Shown one piece after another: positions 40,505 through 50,504 of a stretch of 64,000 nt of DNA. Source of the DNA: an uncultured Acidobacteriota bacterium. GTDB taxonomy: Bacteria; Acidobacteriota; Blastocatellia; RBC074. Made by a program: the position numbers and the translations under genes. The stretch lies in NCBI GenBank assembly GCA_963796275.1, contig CAWCKY010000006.1:2870899-2934898 (forward strand), given 5' to 3'. How positions within the stretch are numbered: the stretch's first letter is position 1; each line of letters starts with the position of its first letter. Below the pieces are notes generated by a model. That model was not told where the DNA came from. It saw only the letters and a list, made by a program, of their open reading frames with translations, and did no database searches.

Positions 40505-42059
40505 CTGACTCTCCTTGCAACCTGGCCAGGTCCTCATCCAACTTCACATTCAACTCCTGATAAACCTCTTCTGAGAGCAACCCCTCGCGCAGCAGCGAGG
40601 CAAGGCGCGCTTTTTTCTCATTGATGAGGTGATGCTGTAAGCGGCGTCGTTGTTGTTCTACAACATTGCTGCCGGCATCCAATTCTCCCAACCGCCGGCT
40701 CAGTTCATGCTGCGACTGAGTCAGGTCGGCATGTAACGCCTTGTAAACTTCTTCAGCCACCATCCCTCGACTTCGCAGGTCATCCAGTTCAGTGACGGCG
40801 GCGTTCTCAGCCAGGAGTTGCCCTTGCAATAGTTCATACGTCATGAGGCTGGGATCACGTTTGATGAGCCGGAGGCGTTTCAAAAGTGGTGAAATCGTCA
40901 ATCCCTGCACGAGCAGACTGAAGATCACCGCCCCGAAAACCATGACTACCAATTCGGGGCGCCCGGGCAGAGTAGTCGGCAGGCTCAGCACCAGCGCGAT
41001 CGATAATGATCCGCGCAAACCACCCCAGAACAAGATGTGTTGCCACCGCCAGGATATCCGCTCGCTGAAGCGATTGACGATCGGCATCAGGCCGTACACG
41101 CTGGCCACTCTTCCCAGTAGCATCGCCAGAACTGCCCAGGCAATCGCCTTTGTGTTCTCTACCAACATCGGTAGCTGCACCTCGAGACCGATCAATAGAA
41201 ACACCAGCGAATTGACGACAAATGCCGCATATTCCCAGAACGAATTGACTGCCACCTGAGTGGTCGGTGACATGCCTCGATGGCGACCGTAGTTTCCGAT
41301 GATCAATCCCGCAACCAGCACGGCGATGACCGGGGAGACGTGCAGGCTTTCGGCCAGCAGAAACGAGCCGTAGGCGACAATAGTGGTCAGCGTGATCTCG
41401 AGCAGGTGATCATCGAAGTAAGAGGTCAGCACCGAAGCGATGATCCCGATGGTCGCGCCGATCGCCAATCCGCCGAAGACCATCAGGCAGAATTCACGGA
41501 GTGAATGCAGAGCCAGATTGCCCGCAGAGCCAGCGGTTGTGCCGATGACGATGCCGAGAATGATGCGAAAGACGACGACAGCCGTTCCATCATTGAATAA
41601 GCTTTCGCTTTCCACGATGGTGGTCAATCGTTTCGGCGCGCCGAGTTTTTTGAAGATCGCGAGCACGGAAACCGGATCGGTCGCCGAAATCATTGCCCCA
41701 AACAGCATCGCCGAGGGCCAGGCCAGACCGATTCCGAAGTGGATTACTGTGCCAACCACTCCCACCGACACGGCCACGCCGATGACGGCAAGAGTGATAA
41801 TCGGCAGCCAATTTTGGCGCAGATGGTCCAGCTTCAGATTCCACGCTGCCTCAAAAAGCAGGGCCGGCAGAAAAATCAATTGAATAAGTTCCGGCGAGAC
41901 GTGAACGACCGGCAAAAAGTGCATCGGACTGATGACCAGTCCAACAATGGTCAGCGCCAGGGTATAGGGCACGCGCACCCACTTTGTGGCCATCGCCACA
42001 CCCGAAGCGACGAGCAACAAGGCAATGAAGACAGTGATCGTGAAGAGAGTTTCGCTCAT
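40488..42059 (-). CDS. Na+/H+ antiporter, NhaP/NhaG-like (CPA1)
   Basis: FLPALLFE, SATDPVSV, ESLFNDG, WGGLRG. Confidence 0.9.
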   Translation of the reverse strand: MSETLFTITVFIALLLVASGVAMATKWVRVPYTLALTIVGLVISPMHFLPVVHVSPELIQLIFLPALLFEAAWNLKLDHLRQNWLPIITLAVIGVAVSVGVVGTVIHFGIGLAWPSAMLFGAMISATDPVSVLAIFKKLGAPKRLTTIVESESLFNDGTAVVVFRIILGIVIGTTAGSAGNLALHSLREFCLMVFGGLAIGATIGIIASVLTSYFDDHLLEITLTTIVAYGSFLLAESLHVSPVIAVLVAGLIIGNYGRHRGMSPTTQVAVNSFWEYAAFVVNSLVFLLIGLEVQLPMLVENTKAIAWAVLAMLLGRVASVYGLMPIVNRFSERISWRWQHILFWGGLRGSLSIALVLSLPTTLPGRPELVVMVFGAVIFSLLVQGLTISPLLKRLRLIKRDPSLMTYELLQGQLLAENAAVTELDDLRSRGMVAEEVYKALHADLTQSQHELSRRLGELDAGSNVVEQQRRRLQHHLINEKKARLASLLREGLLSEEVYQELNVKLDEDLARLQGESATALS

Positions 42060-42103
42060 CCTACCTGATTAAACCTCTGTGAAGTGATAGGTAATCCGAT
42101 TTG

Positions 42104-42844
42104 CTACGGGGCGACGGTGCGATTGAAGCGGCGCATCAGCACTGCCAGCAGCAGCAATTGATAGGCCAGACCTGCCGCCAGATAGATCCAGGCAGTTGCC
42201 TCTTCCTGCTGAAACGCCCAGAGCAGCTTTGCCGGCCAGTAAGTCGGAATAATCCCCAAGGCCGGCTGCCACGCTGAGTGAACGAAGTAAGCAATCAGCG
42301 GGGCCATCTGTAAAACGCTCGAAGCCTTGACAAGCGCAAAGCCCTGCACCTTATTTTTAGCAAAAGTTGCCAGCGTCAGCGCCATCAGCGGAGCGAGCGG
42401 TGAGGCCCCAATCGCGGAGACCAACAATCGTAGAATATCCGGCTTCTCCAATCCCGCCAGAGGGAAAGTGACAAGTGTAATCACAATGCTTGTGAGCATC
42501 GGCATCGACAGACGCCAGGCCAGATAAACACCCGGCGGTAGCGGTGTGACGCGCAAGGCCAACAGCGTGCGGTCATCGCGCTCATCGAGCAACAGGAACC
42601 CAACCACCATTCCGCTCATCAACGGAGCTGTGATTAGTAGCGCGTAGCCCGCGATCGCCGGGTAGAATCCTGTGAGACTGATCTGTAACGTCTCTTCCAG
42701 TCGCGCGATGATGACAGGCAGAAAGAAGCGAGCCAGCAGCGCAATCAGGATCGGCAGCACCACTATCCAGCGCAGCAGCGAATCACGGCGCACGTTCATC
42801 GCATCAATCGGGCCGAGCGATTTGACCACTTTCAAAGCGCTCAT
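42104..42844 (-). CDS. ABC exporter permease (fluoroquinolone-export type, Rv2686c-like)
   Basis: GFLLLDERDDRTLLALRVTPL, AKNKVQGFALVK, IPTYWP. Confidence 0.8.
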   Translation of the reverse strand: MSALKVVKSLGPIDAMNVRRDSLLRWIVVLPILIALLARFFLPVIIARLEETLQISLTGFYPAIAGYALLITAPLMSGMVVGFLLLDERDDRTLLALRVTPLPPGVYLAWRLSMPMLTSIVITLVTFPLAGLEKPDILRLLVSAIGASPLAPLMALTLATFAKNKVQGFALVKASSVLQMAPLIAYFVHSAWQPALGIIPTYWPAKLLWAFQQEEATAWIYLAAGLAYQLLLLAVLMRRFNRTVAP

Positions 42845-42845
42845 A

Positions 42846-43550
42846 TCATTTCGCTCCTGCTCCGGCTATGATGAAGCGCCGGAAAGCACGCTGTCCGAAA
42901 TAGACCATTACACCGACCCACAGCATAGGGTAGAGCACACCGTAAATCATTTGCCAGTAGACCATCGGCCGAAAGGCTGCCTGTGTCAACAGCAGCGTGG
43001 CCTGTAGCGGGTGCAGGTAGAGCAGCCATCCATCCCACTGAATCATATACGGCAACAGCGGCGCTGACAGTAGAGATGAATACAAGACTGATGGCATAAG
43101 ATACTTGTTGATCGAATCGTATCTCACGACAGCCACGACTCCTGCCAAGCAGTAGAGTATCGAAGTCAGAACAATGCTCATCGCCATTGGCAGTACTTCG
43201 AATCTAAACCCTGCAAGCAGAATCACAATCACGATGTTCTCAACCAAAGCGAGCAGGGTTAGCGTGCTGATCTTTGAGGCCAGATATTCCCAAGTTCGTA
43301 ACGGCGTGACCACCTGGGCCTCCAGCGTTCCTTCCCCCTTCTCAAGCAGGATGAGGCCGCCGATGAAGTAGAAGGTGTTCATCATCAGATTGCCGAGTAC
43401 GAGCGCAGGCAGCAACCAGCTCAGATTGAGCGTCGGTATCCGGCTGACTACCGCCACGCAAACGACCAGCACGAACACTGAGGCATAGTAAAAGCCCTGC
43501 CGCAACTGAAGTGTGACATCGCAGTGGATTGTGGCAAGCAGCCGTCTCAT
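42846..43550 (-). CDS. ABC exporter permease (Rv2687c-like)
   Basis: LQLRQGFYY, FYFIGGLILLEKGEGTLEAQVVTPL, YLASK. Confidence 0.8.
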   Translation of the reverse strand: MRRLLATIHCDVTLQLRQGFYYASVFVLVVCVAVVSRIPTLNLSWLLPALVLGNLMMNTFYFIGGLILLEKGEGTLEAQVVTPLRTWEYLASKISTLTLLALVENIVIVILLAGFRFEVLPMAMSIVLTSILYCLAGVVAVVRYDSINKYLMPSVLYSSLLSAPLLPYMIQWDGWLLYLHPLQATLLLTQAAFRPMVYWQMIYGVLYPMLWVGVMVYFGQRAFRRFIIAGAGAK

Positions 43551-44401
43551 TCGAGCCCCCGGCCGGTGACTTTGATAAAGATGTCTTCCATCGTTGCTTC
43601 CAGCGTGTGGATGGTCTGCACCTGCCCGTTGAGCAGCAAGTCAATAAAGTTGGGATCACTTCCCAGCGTTTCCAGTGGGAAATCGCGAATCGCCGTCTGT
43701 CCATTGAGCTCGTATTCCACGCGAACCACACGTTGACCGTATCGCAGCTTCAACGCCCGAGGCGCGTCAATCAGCCTGATTTCCCCATCCACGATGAAAC
43801 CCACACGGTCGCACAGTCCGTCGGCAACGGTCATATTATGCGTTGTGAGAAAGATCGTCTTTCCGGATTGCTTCTGCTCCCTAATGAGATCCCCGATGAG
43901 CCTGGCATTCACCGGATCTAGCCCCGTTGTCGGTTCGTCCAAAAAGAGCAGCTCAGGATCATGCAGAAACGCGCGCGCTACTGTGAGCCGGTTCTTCATT
44001 CCCTTGGAGAACTGCGCGACCGGCAGATCGCCGTCTTCGCCCAACCCGACTCGCTCCAACAGGGCATGCGGATCAGGTGATTTCCTGCTATAGAGCGAGC
44101 CAAAGTAAACGAGGTTTTCCAGCGCCGTCAGTTTGAGATAATGGTTTGGCAGCTCAAACGAAACCCCGATCCGTTCGTAGTAATCTGCATTCCAATTCTT
44201 CAGCTCCTTCCCAAAGACAGACACTCTGCCCTGATAATCCTTGAGGAGCCCCGTCAGGACCTTCTGTGTAGTAGATTTTCCTGCCCCGCTCGGGCCGAGA
44301 AAACCGAAGATTTCGCCGCGTTCAATCCCGAAGTTTAGTCCTCTGATCACAGCTTCCTTGCTTCCAGCATAAGTGAAAGACAGATTCTCAACTGCGATCA
44401 T
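43547..44401 (-). CDS. ABC exporter ATP-binding protein (Rv2688c-like)
   Basis: GPSGAGKSTTQK, FSKGMK, FLDEPTTGLDP, EDIFIKVTGR. Confidence 0.9.
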   Translation of the reverse strand: MIAVENLSFTYAGSKEAVIRGLNFGIERGEIFGFLGPSGAGKSTTQKVLTGLLKDYQGRVSVFGKELKNWNADYYERIGVSFELPNHYLKLTALENLVYFGSLYSRKSPDPHALLERVGLGEDGDLPVAQFSKGMKNRLTVARAFLHDPELLFLDEPTTGLDPVNARLIGDLIREQKQSGKTIFLTTHNMTVADGLCDRVGFIVDGEIRLIDAPRALKLRYGQRVVRVEYELNGQTAIRDFPLETLGSDPNFIDLLLNGQVQTIHTLEATMEDIFIKVTGRGLE

Positions 44402-44449
44402 CGCTCACCTCCCAGTGCATCTCACTGCTATACACGATGTCCACGCCAG

Positions 44450-44502
44450 GACAGGCAGGGCCGGCAAAGCCTTCCGCAATCAGATCGCCGGCCCTGCCTG
44501 TC
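44450..44502. terminator. 16-bp inverted repeat downstream of the stomatin gene
   Basis: GACAGGCAGGGCCGGC-N21-GCCGGCCCTGCCTGTC; no U-tract. Confidence 0.55.
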
Positions 44503-44514
44503 ACTTCGGCAGAT

Positions 44515-45342
44515 TTATTTAGTTTCATTCCGCGAAACCGCCACCGGTTCACGTGAGCGGGAGATCGAGGTCTCTGCCTTCTCTTTGTCCTTCAACCCGG
44601 TTATCGCCTCGAATATCTGAATCGGAATGGGAAAGACAACGGTTGTGTTCTGCTCTACGCCGATCTCCGTCAGCGTCTGGAGGTATCGTAACTGAATCGC
44701 CACCGGCTCGGCTGCAATTGCGCTGGCCGCCTTGACCAGCTTTTCAGCGGCCTGGTACTCGCCTTCGGCGTGGATGACCTTGGCGCGCTTCTCGCGCTCA
44801 GCTTCAGCCTGTTTCGACATCGCGCGGCGCATCTCCTGCGGCAGGTCGACCGCTTTGATCTCGACCAGCGACACCTTGATGCCCCAGCGGTCGGTCTGCT
44901 TATCGAGAATATCCTGCAGCCGCGCATTGAGCTTCTCGCGTTCAGAGAGCAGTTCATCCAGCTCAACCTCGCCCAGGACTGAACGAAGCGTGGTTTGCGC
45001 GAGCTGTGAGGTGGCGTACAAGTAGTTCTCGACTTCGACGATGGCGAGTCGCGGATCGATCACTCGGAAGTAGGCTACTGCATTGACCGAGACCGTGACG
45101 TTGTCGCGCGTGATGACATCCTGCGGAGGGACGTCCATCGTCACCGTTCGCAGACTGACGCGCACCATCCGGTCGATCGGAAAAAAGACCAGTGCGAGTC
45201 CGGGCCCTTTGGCCTTAGACAGCAGACGTCCTAGCCGGAAGATCACGCCTCGCTCATACTCTGGAAGAATCTTAATCGAGTTAAGAAGATAGAGAACCAG
45301 CAGCCCGATAACAACAACCGGAAATGTAAGAAATTCCAACAT
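44515..45342 (-). CDS. SPFH/stomatin-like (slipin) protein
   Basis: [46 protein letters not shown]; RBS GGAGGTG. Confidence 0.92.
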   Translation of the reverse strand: MLEFLTFPVVVIGLLVLYLLNSIKILPEYERGVIFRLGRLLSKAKGPGLALVFFPIDRMVRVSLRTVTMDVPPQDVITRDNVTVSVNAVAYFRVIDPRLAIVEVENYLYATSQLAQTTLRSVLGEVELDELLSEREKLNARLQDILDKQTDRWGIKVSLVEIKAVDLPQEMRRAMSKQAEAEREKRAKVIHAEGEYQAAEKLVKAASAIAAEPVAIQLRYLQTLTEIGVEQNTTVVFPIPIQIFEAITGLKDKEKAETSISRSREPVAVSRNETK

Positions 45343-45408
45343 AGTTATCACCTCCAAACGACATAAAGCAGATTGTTATCTGCAGTGATTTAAACGAAAC
45401 GCGCTTCA

Positions 45409-45750
45409 TTACACATCGTGATGCTCAATAGCGGAGACCGGCCTGGGGATGACAGCCTTACCGGGGCAAGGTTCGATTTCGAGCGTCAACCCGTCAATCC
45501 CGACGACCCGCACGGTCTCGCCTTCCGTAATCTTCGCGCGCGAATACGCCCACCAGTATTCACCCTGCACGCTCACTCGGCCTTCGGGCGCAACTTCGGT
45601 CACCGCCTTACCTTTCAAACCGATCATTCTCGACGTGCTCATCTCAACATTGGCTCGGTGCGAGCGGAAAGCTAAGTTGACCAGAAATGCAAGAATGATC
45701 GCGCCAGCAGTGAAGAATCCCAGAATCAAAGCGAGAGTCAGATTCCACAT
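45409..45750 (-). CDS. nfeD: short NfeD-like protein (one TM plus OB fold)
   Basis: MIGLKGKAVTEVAPEGRVSVQGEYWWA...VRVVGIDGLTLEI, upstream of stomatin. Confidence 0.8.
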   Translation of the reverse strand: MWNLTLALILGFFTAGAIILAFLVNLAFRSHRANVEMSTSRMIGLKGKAVTEVAPEGRVSVQGEYWWAYSRAKITEGETVRVVGIDGLTLEIEPCPGKAVIPRPVSAIEHHDV

Positions 45751-45946
45751 TGCATTCATCCCCTCGATCCAAATTGTTCGATATTGGCACAGCAACGTGC
45801 CATTAGATATTACGATAAATGTTACTGTATGTTCATACATTTATTGTTAAAATACACATCATGATATTTCACCGAAAGAGTGTGAACTATCAGGCTCCTG
45901 GTTTCGTCAAATGGAGCACCAGGAATCAAATGGAGGAGGTGTTGAA

Positions 45947-46954
45947 ATGCCGAGAAGAATAGATGTCGATGAGAGACTGCAGCAGGTTCTGAAGGTGGCC
46001 TACCTGTTCTACGAGAAAGAGATGAGCAAGACCGACATCTCGCACGAGATTCGCGCTTCCGCCACGCAGGTGATCAGGCTGCTTGAAGAAGCGCGCGAAC
46101 AGGGATTCGTGCGGATCGAATTCAGTCCGCCGAAGCTTCACCAGTTGGGAGAAGAGTTAAAGAAGAAATACGACTGGCTGCAGGATGCGATTGTCATCTC
46201 CTATGCCGATGATCTGGCCTTCCTGCGGCGCATGCTCGGCAAGGCTGCGGCGCAATACTTCGAAGCTGCTGTACCGGATGGCGCAAAGGTAGCGCTCGGC
46301 GGCGGAGACACGATGTATGAGATGGTCATGGCGCTGCCGCAGGAGGAGCGGAACGTTTTCCTTGTTCCCACAGCGATCATTGATTCCGGCCCCGTTCTCA
46401 CACACATCGATCCCACTGTGCTCTTGACGATCCTCTGGGTCAGGAGCGGCAGACGGCCTGGCCATGCTCACTTCGCCACCGGGCTGCCGCTGAACAAGCC
46501 TCTCTCACGACAGAAGCTCAAAGAGGAGTACGAAGATTTCTCCCGCAGAAAGGCCGTTCAGGAGGTCCTCGCCGAGATGCAGCGGGCTGATTTTATGTTT
46601 GCGAGCCTCGGCTGCCTGAAGGCTGATCCAGAATACGAGAAGCTATCACCACGCCCTCATAAGTATCTGCTCGATAACCTGAGGCTTTCTGAAGCAACGC
46701 TGGCGAGGGAAGGCGTAGTCGGAGACATCAACTACTCATTCTTTGATGAGAAGGGGGGAACATCTCCCAATTGGAACGTCTTTCCATCACTCGGGGTAGA
46801 TCAGCTCAGAGAGATGGTTAAGGCTAAGAAGAAGATAGTGGTGGCTGTGGGGAGATATAAGCTTTCGGCACTGAAGGCCGCGCTTAAGGGAAGATTGTTC
46901 AACGTACTCATTACGGATGAAATGGCGGCGAAAGAACTTCTCAATTCTGAGTGA
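45947..46954 (+). CDS. SorC/DeoR (LsrR-like) sugar-binding transcriptional regulator
   Basis: VAYLFYEKEMSKTDIS...VIRLLEEAREQGFVRI HTH; GGGDT, VVGDI, LITDEMAA; RBS GGAGGAGG. Confidence 0.85.
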   Translation: MPRRIDVDERLQQVLKVAYLFYEKEMSKTDISHEIRASATQVIRLLEEAREQGFVRIEFSPPKLHQLGEELKKKYDWLQDAIVISYADDLAFLRRMLGKAAAQYFEAAVPDGAKVALGGGDTMYEMVMALPQEERNVFLVPTAIIDSGPVLTHIDPTVLLTILWVRSGRRPGHAHFATGLPLNKPLSRQKLKEEYEDFSRRKAVQEVLAEMQRADFMFASLGCLKADPEYEKLSPRPHKYLLDNLRLSEATLAREGVVGDINYSFFDEKGGTSPNWNVFPSLGVDQLREMVKAKKKIVVAVGRYKLSALKAALKGRLFNVLITDEMAAKELLNSE

Positions 46955-47925
46955 ACTTCTTATCTGGACCAGTGGGCATGTTCAATCAGACGCTGTTTAA
47001 TCTTTACATAGAGCCCCGACAAACACGACTAGTTTGCCAGGCCCCCAGGCTTGTTAACCGGAACGATCCGTAACCTCTTCTATCGAGTTTTCTGTTGAGA
47101 AGAACACCCCATTGTTCTCTCGACCGATCTCCGAGAAGAGGTTCGTTGAAGTCTAATCCGGGTCAGAGATGAAGCGAAAGCTGGGCTGTTCGGCTGTGAA
47201 TGAGACCCTCGCTATATCTTCGATGAATCGGCCCTCGAACCGGTGCGTCTCGTTGCGCAGCTCTTTTACCCTCAACACACCATCCCATTGGCGGTGAGAA
47301 AGTGCCGTGCAGCAGACTGTTCGGGATTGTCTTCCAGTCGAAAGTGGGTAGGTTCCTTAAATGCATCGAAGCCGTGAACTGATTGAGGTCGACCTTGACG
47401 CTCTCTTGCTGGATGGGAATCGTCTAGAACAGGCCGTTCGGTGCGATCCTCGAATCATAAGAGTTGAGTCCTTTGAACCCGAGTTGAATCGTGATGACTG
47501 GAAAAGCGCATGGCGTGAGCTGGTGAGCATACCGGCTATGAAAGCTGCAGGGTAAGCCGACAGTGATATCGCTGTCAGGTAAGATTGGAGATCGCTTGCT
47601 ATATCATCATTCCCATCTCCCTGAGGCTAACGCAATCTGGAAAAATCGCGTCCCAAACTGTTGTCTGTTCAGCGTCAAGGGTTCCTTCCGCTCGGCGACA
47701 ACTAGAATTCCCGTTTGCCTCACGTAAAATCTTACTTTCTAATCTAACCCAATGCCTTCATTAGAAGACTGGCTGGTTTAACAACCTGAATTGGCCCCAC
47801 TTCGATCATTTCATTTGGCCTCACCTCGATTAATCTTCCCCCTCTTGCCTTCGTAGCCTCAGGAACCTTGCACCAATATGCTCCAGCTATCGACATCGTT
47901 GGCGTATATGGCGGATCAGCTTTGG

Positions 47926-50326
47926 GTGCGACACGAAGTCGCAATTTCGACTGTGATCCTTGAATTTATGAGATCACCTTGCGTTCTGCCGCAAGTACCC
48001 TACCGGGACATGCGTCGCCGGCAACGGCGGGGTGTGAAGCTCTCGGAACAATGTAACCCCAATCGTGAGAGATTGGCAGCCGAATCGCGAGAGGAAGCTG
48101 TGACTGCCAGCCGGAAGGCGGTCGGGGGCTAGGGTTCGACGGTATGGTCAACAAATGTGAATCGCCGCAAGCGTCGTGAGATCCGACAAGCCAAACCGGC
48201 TGAGAGGCTTGAACCAAAAGGTAAGTAGCCAGGGTGGAGGCTCCAAAGTCCGCCACCGCAGACGTTGGGCTACCGGCGTATAGGCGAGACCTAACCCGTC
48301 AGGTCGCAATTGCGGAACGTGGTAAACCCGTACTTCTCCCGGATGGGAAAGCGAGCCGTGAGGCGAGCCGATAGGAGTGCGGGCAAAGGAGGATGGAAAA
48401 AGCGAAAGCCGCCTTGTAATGAGACGGATAGGAGTTGCGCCACTCGACAAGATCACTCCACGCGAAAGCGGGCAGACTTCCATCTGGTCTTTCCCGGCGA
48501 GAAAACTGAGCTACCGACACCGGAGACAAAGCAGATGGCAGCAGTGGAGACACAGGCTGGTGCGGTCCCCAACGGGCAGATCGACTGGACGACCATCAGC
48601 TGGCGAACAGTCAATCAGAACGTGCGTCGGCTCCAGTCACGTATCGTCAAGGCAACACAGGAGGGCAGATGGAACAAGGTCAGAGCCCTGCAACGTCTGC
48701 TCACCCACTCGTTCAGCGCCCGATGTCTGGCCGTTAAACGAGTGACTACGAACCAAGGAAAAAAGACTCCCGGTGTAGACGGAGTGATCTGGGACACACC
48801 GGAGAAAAAAGCAACAGCTGTAGACGAATTGAAGGTGAGGGGCTACCACCCCCAACCACTCAAGCGTGTCTACATTCCCAAAAGTGACGGACGACAGCGC
48901 GGCCTGAGTATTCCCGTCATGAACGATCGAGCCCGGCAAGCATTACACTTACTGGCGCTCGATCCGATTGCGGAGACAAAGGCTGACCCGAACTCTTATG
49001 GCTTTCGGATAGGTCGGGCACCGGTGGACGCCACCGACCATGCCTTCCGGATGCTGTGCCGAAAAGGTTCGGCCAAGTGGATACTCAAATGCGATATCCG
49101 ATCCTGCTTCGACAGGATCAGCCATCAGTGGCTCTTGGACCACGTTCCGATGGACAAGCAGACCCTGAAGAAATGGCTGAAAGCAGGATTTATCGAGCAA
49201 GGTGAGTGGCATGAAACCGAAGCCGGGACGCCACAGGGCGGGACGATTTCGCCAGTGCTGATGAACTGGACGCTCGATGGCCTGGAACGGGTGTTGAGCA
49301 AGAACCCAAGGTTCAAGAAGAACACACGCCCAGGCAGACAGGCCAAAGTCAATTTGGTGAGATTCGCCGATGACGTCATCGTGACCGGCAGTTCGGAAGA
49401 ACTACTGGAGAACGAGGTCATGCCGCTGATTGAAGAGTTTCTCGAAATCAGGGGACTGGAACTCTCACCGGAGAAGACAAAGATCGTACATATCTCTGAG
49501 GGGGTTGACTTCCTCGGTCAGCACATCCGGGAATATGGTCAGGGGAAGACACTGATCCATCCGTCTCAACAGAGCATCAACAGCCTGCTGAAGCGAATCC
49601 GCGAAGTGATCAAAGCCAACCGCCACGTCGCGCCGGGGATTTTGATCTGGATGCTCAACCCGATCCTGAGGGGCTGGGCAAACTACCACCGGCACGCATC
49701 GAGTAAACAGACTTTTCAGAAGATAGACTGTGCGACCTTCAAATCGCTGTGGAAGTGGTGTCGCCGCCGTCATCCGCGTAAATCACGCCAATGGATCAAG
49801 GAGAAATATTTCCAGACCATCGGGGATCGCCACTGGGTCTTTAGCGGGGAAATGCGACTGCGCGGAAATACAAGGCAAATCAGGCTCTACAGCCTCGCCT
49901 ACACGCCCATTCGCAGGCACACCAAAATCAAAGGTGAAGCCAATCCCTATGATCCACACTGGGAAAGGTATTTTGAGCAGCGCCTCGATGTTAAGACAGA
50001 GGGGTCGCTCAGAGGGCTCAAAATGCTGCTGTTTCTGTGGAGAGAGCAAGAGGGGAAATGTCCGGTCTGCCAGGAGAGAATCACCAAGCTGACGGGATGG
50101 CAAACGCATCACCTCATTTGGAAATCTCACGGTGGAACAGACGGCGCAAGTAATCTGGTCTTGCTACACCCTGGATGCCATCAAGAAGTCCATAGCCAAA
50201 AGTTAGTGGTGGTGAAACCGCGTCCTGAAAAGGGCGTTGGAAAGGCTTGAGCTGATTGCCGGGATAACCGGCACGATCAGTTCTGAGGGGAGGGCGCGCG
50301 GCGGCAACGTCGCCCCCTTACCCGAC
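47926..50326 (+). mobile_element. group II intron (IIB/chloroplast-like class likely), apparently full length
   Basis: 5' GTGCG at 47926; domain V GAGCTGATTGCCGG-GATAA-CCGGCACGATCAGTTC at 50249-50283; domain VI ending CCCGAC at 50326; encloses the RT ORF. Confidence 0.88.
48535..50250 (+). CDS. ltrA: group II intron reverse transcriptase/maturase with HNH endonuclease
   Basis: TPGVDG, RVYIPK, SYGFR, GTPQGGTISP, RFADD, DFLG, maturase LNPILRGWANY, HNH (CPVC...HH...NLVLLHPGCH). Confidence 0.95.
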   Translation: MAAVETQAGAVPNGQIDWTTISWRTVNQNVRRLQSRIVKATQEGRWNKVRALQRLLTHSFSARCLAVKRVTTNQGKKTPGVDGVIWDTPEKKATAVDELKVRGYHPQPLKRVYIPKSDGRQRGLSIPVMNDRARQALHLLALDPIAETKADPNSYGFRIGRAPVDATDHAFRMLCRKGSAKWILKCDIRSCFDRISHQWLLDHVPMDKQTLKKWLKAGFIEQGEWHETEAGTPQGGTISPVLMNWTLDGLERVLSKNPRFKKNTRPGRQAKVNLVRFADDVIVTGSSEELLENEVMPLIEEFLEIRGLELSPEKTKIVHISEGVDFLGQHIREYGQGKTLIHPSQQSINSLLKRIREVIKANRHVAPGILIWMLNPILRGWANYHRHASSKQTFQKIDCATFKSLWKWCRRRHPRKSRQWIKEKYFQTIGDRHWVFSGEMRLRGNTRQIRLYSLAYTPIRRHTKIKGEANPYDPHWERYFEQRLDVKTEGSLRGLKMLLFLWREQEGKCPVCQERITKLTGWQTHHLIWKSHGGTDGASNLVLLHPGCHQEVHSQKLVVVKPRPEKGVGKA

Positions 50327-50504
50327 AACCCGTCTCCGATATCTAATATGGTCAATGAAACAAGAAGTTAAGCAGGCTTGACTAACTCCAGCCTGTGATA
50401 AAGTTTTAGATGCTAGGCAGTTACATAGATACAGAGCAAACCACTCGCGGTCGCGCTCAGAAGTCGGGTGGATTGCCGTCGTTGCCTAGCTAGTGGCCCT
50501 CTGT

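Noticed and set aside
45785-45802. TGGCAC on both strands as further sigma54 promoters
   Set aside because: Neither orientation has TTGC at the required spacing; kept only as a palindrome
46960-47925. Short ORFs upstream of the intron, including 47744-47944 on the minus strand
   Set aside because: No confident family motif and multiple stops; removing the intron did not restore a reading frame in the frames checked; probably decayed sequence
48310-48534. Upstream extension of the RT ORF
   Set aside because: Lies within the intron RNA domains; the start at 48535 has an RBS and a typical N-terminus
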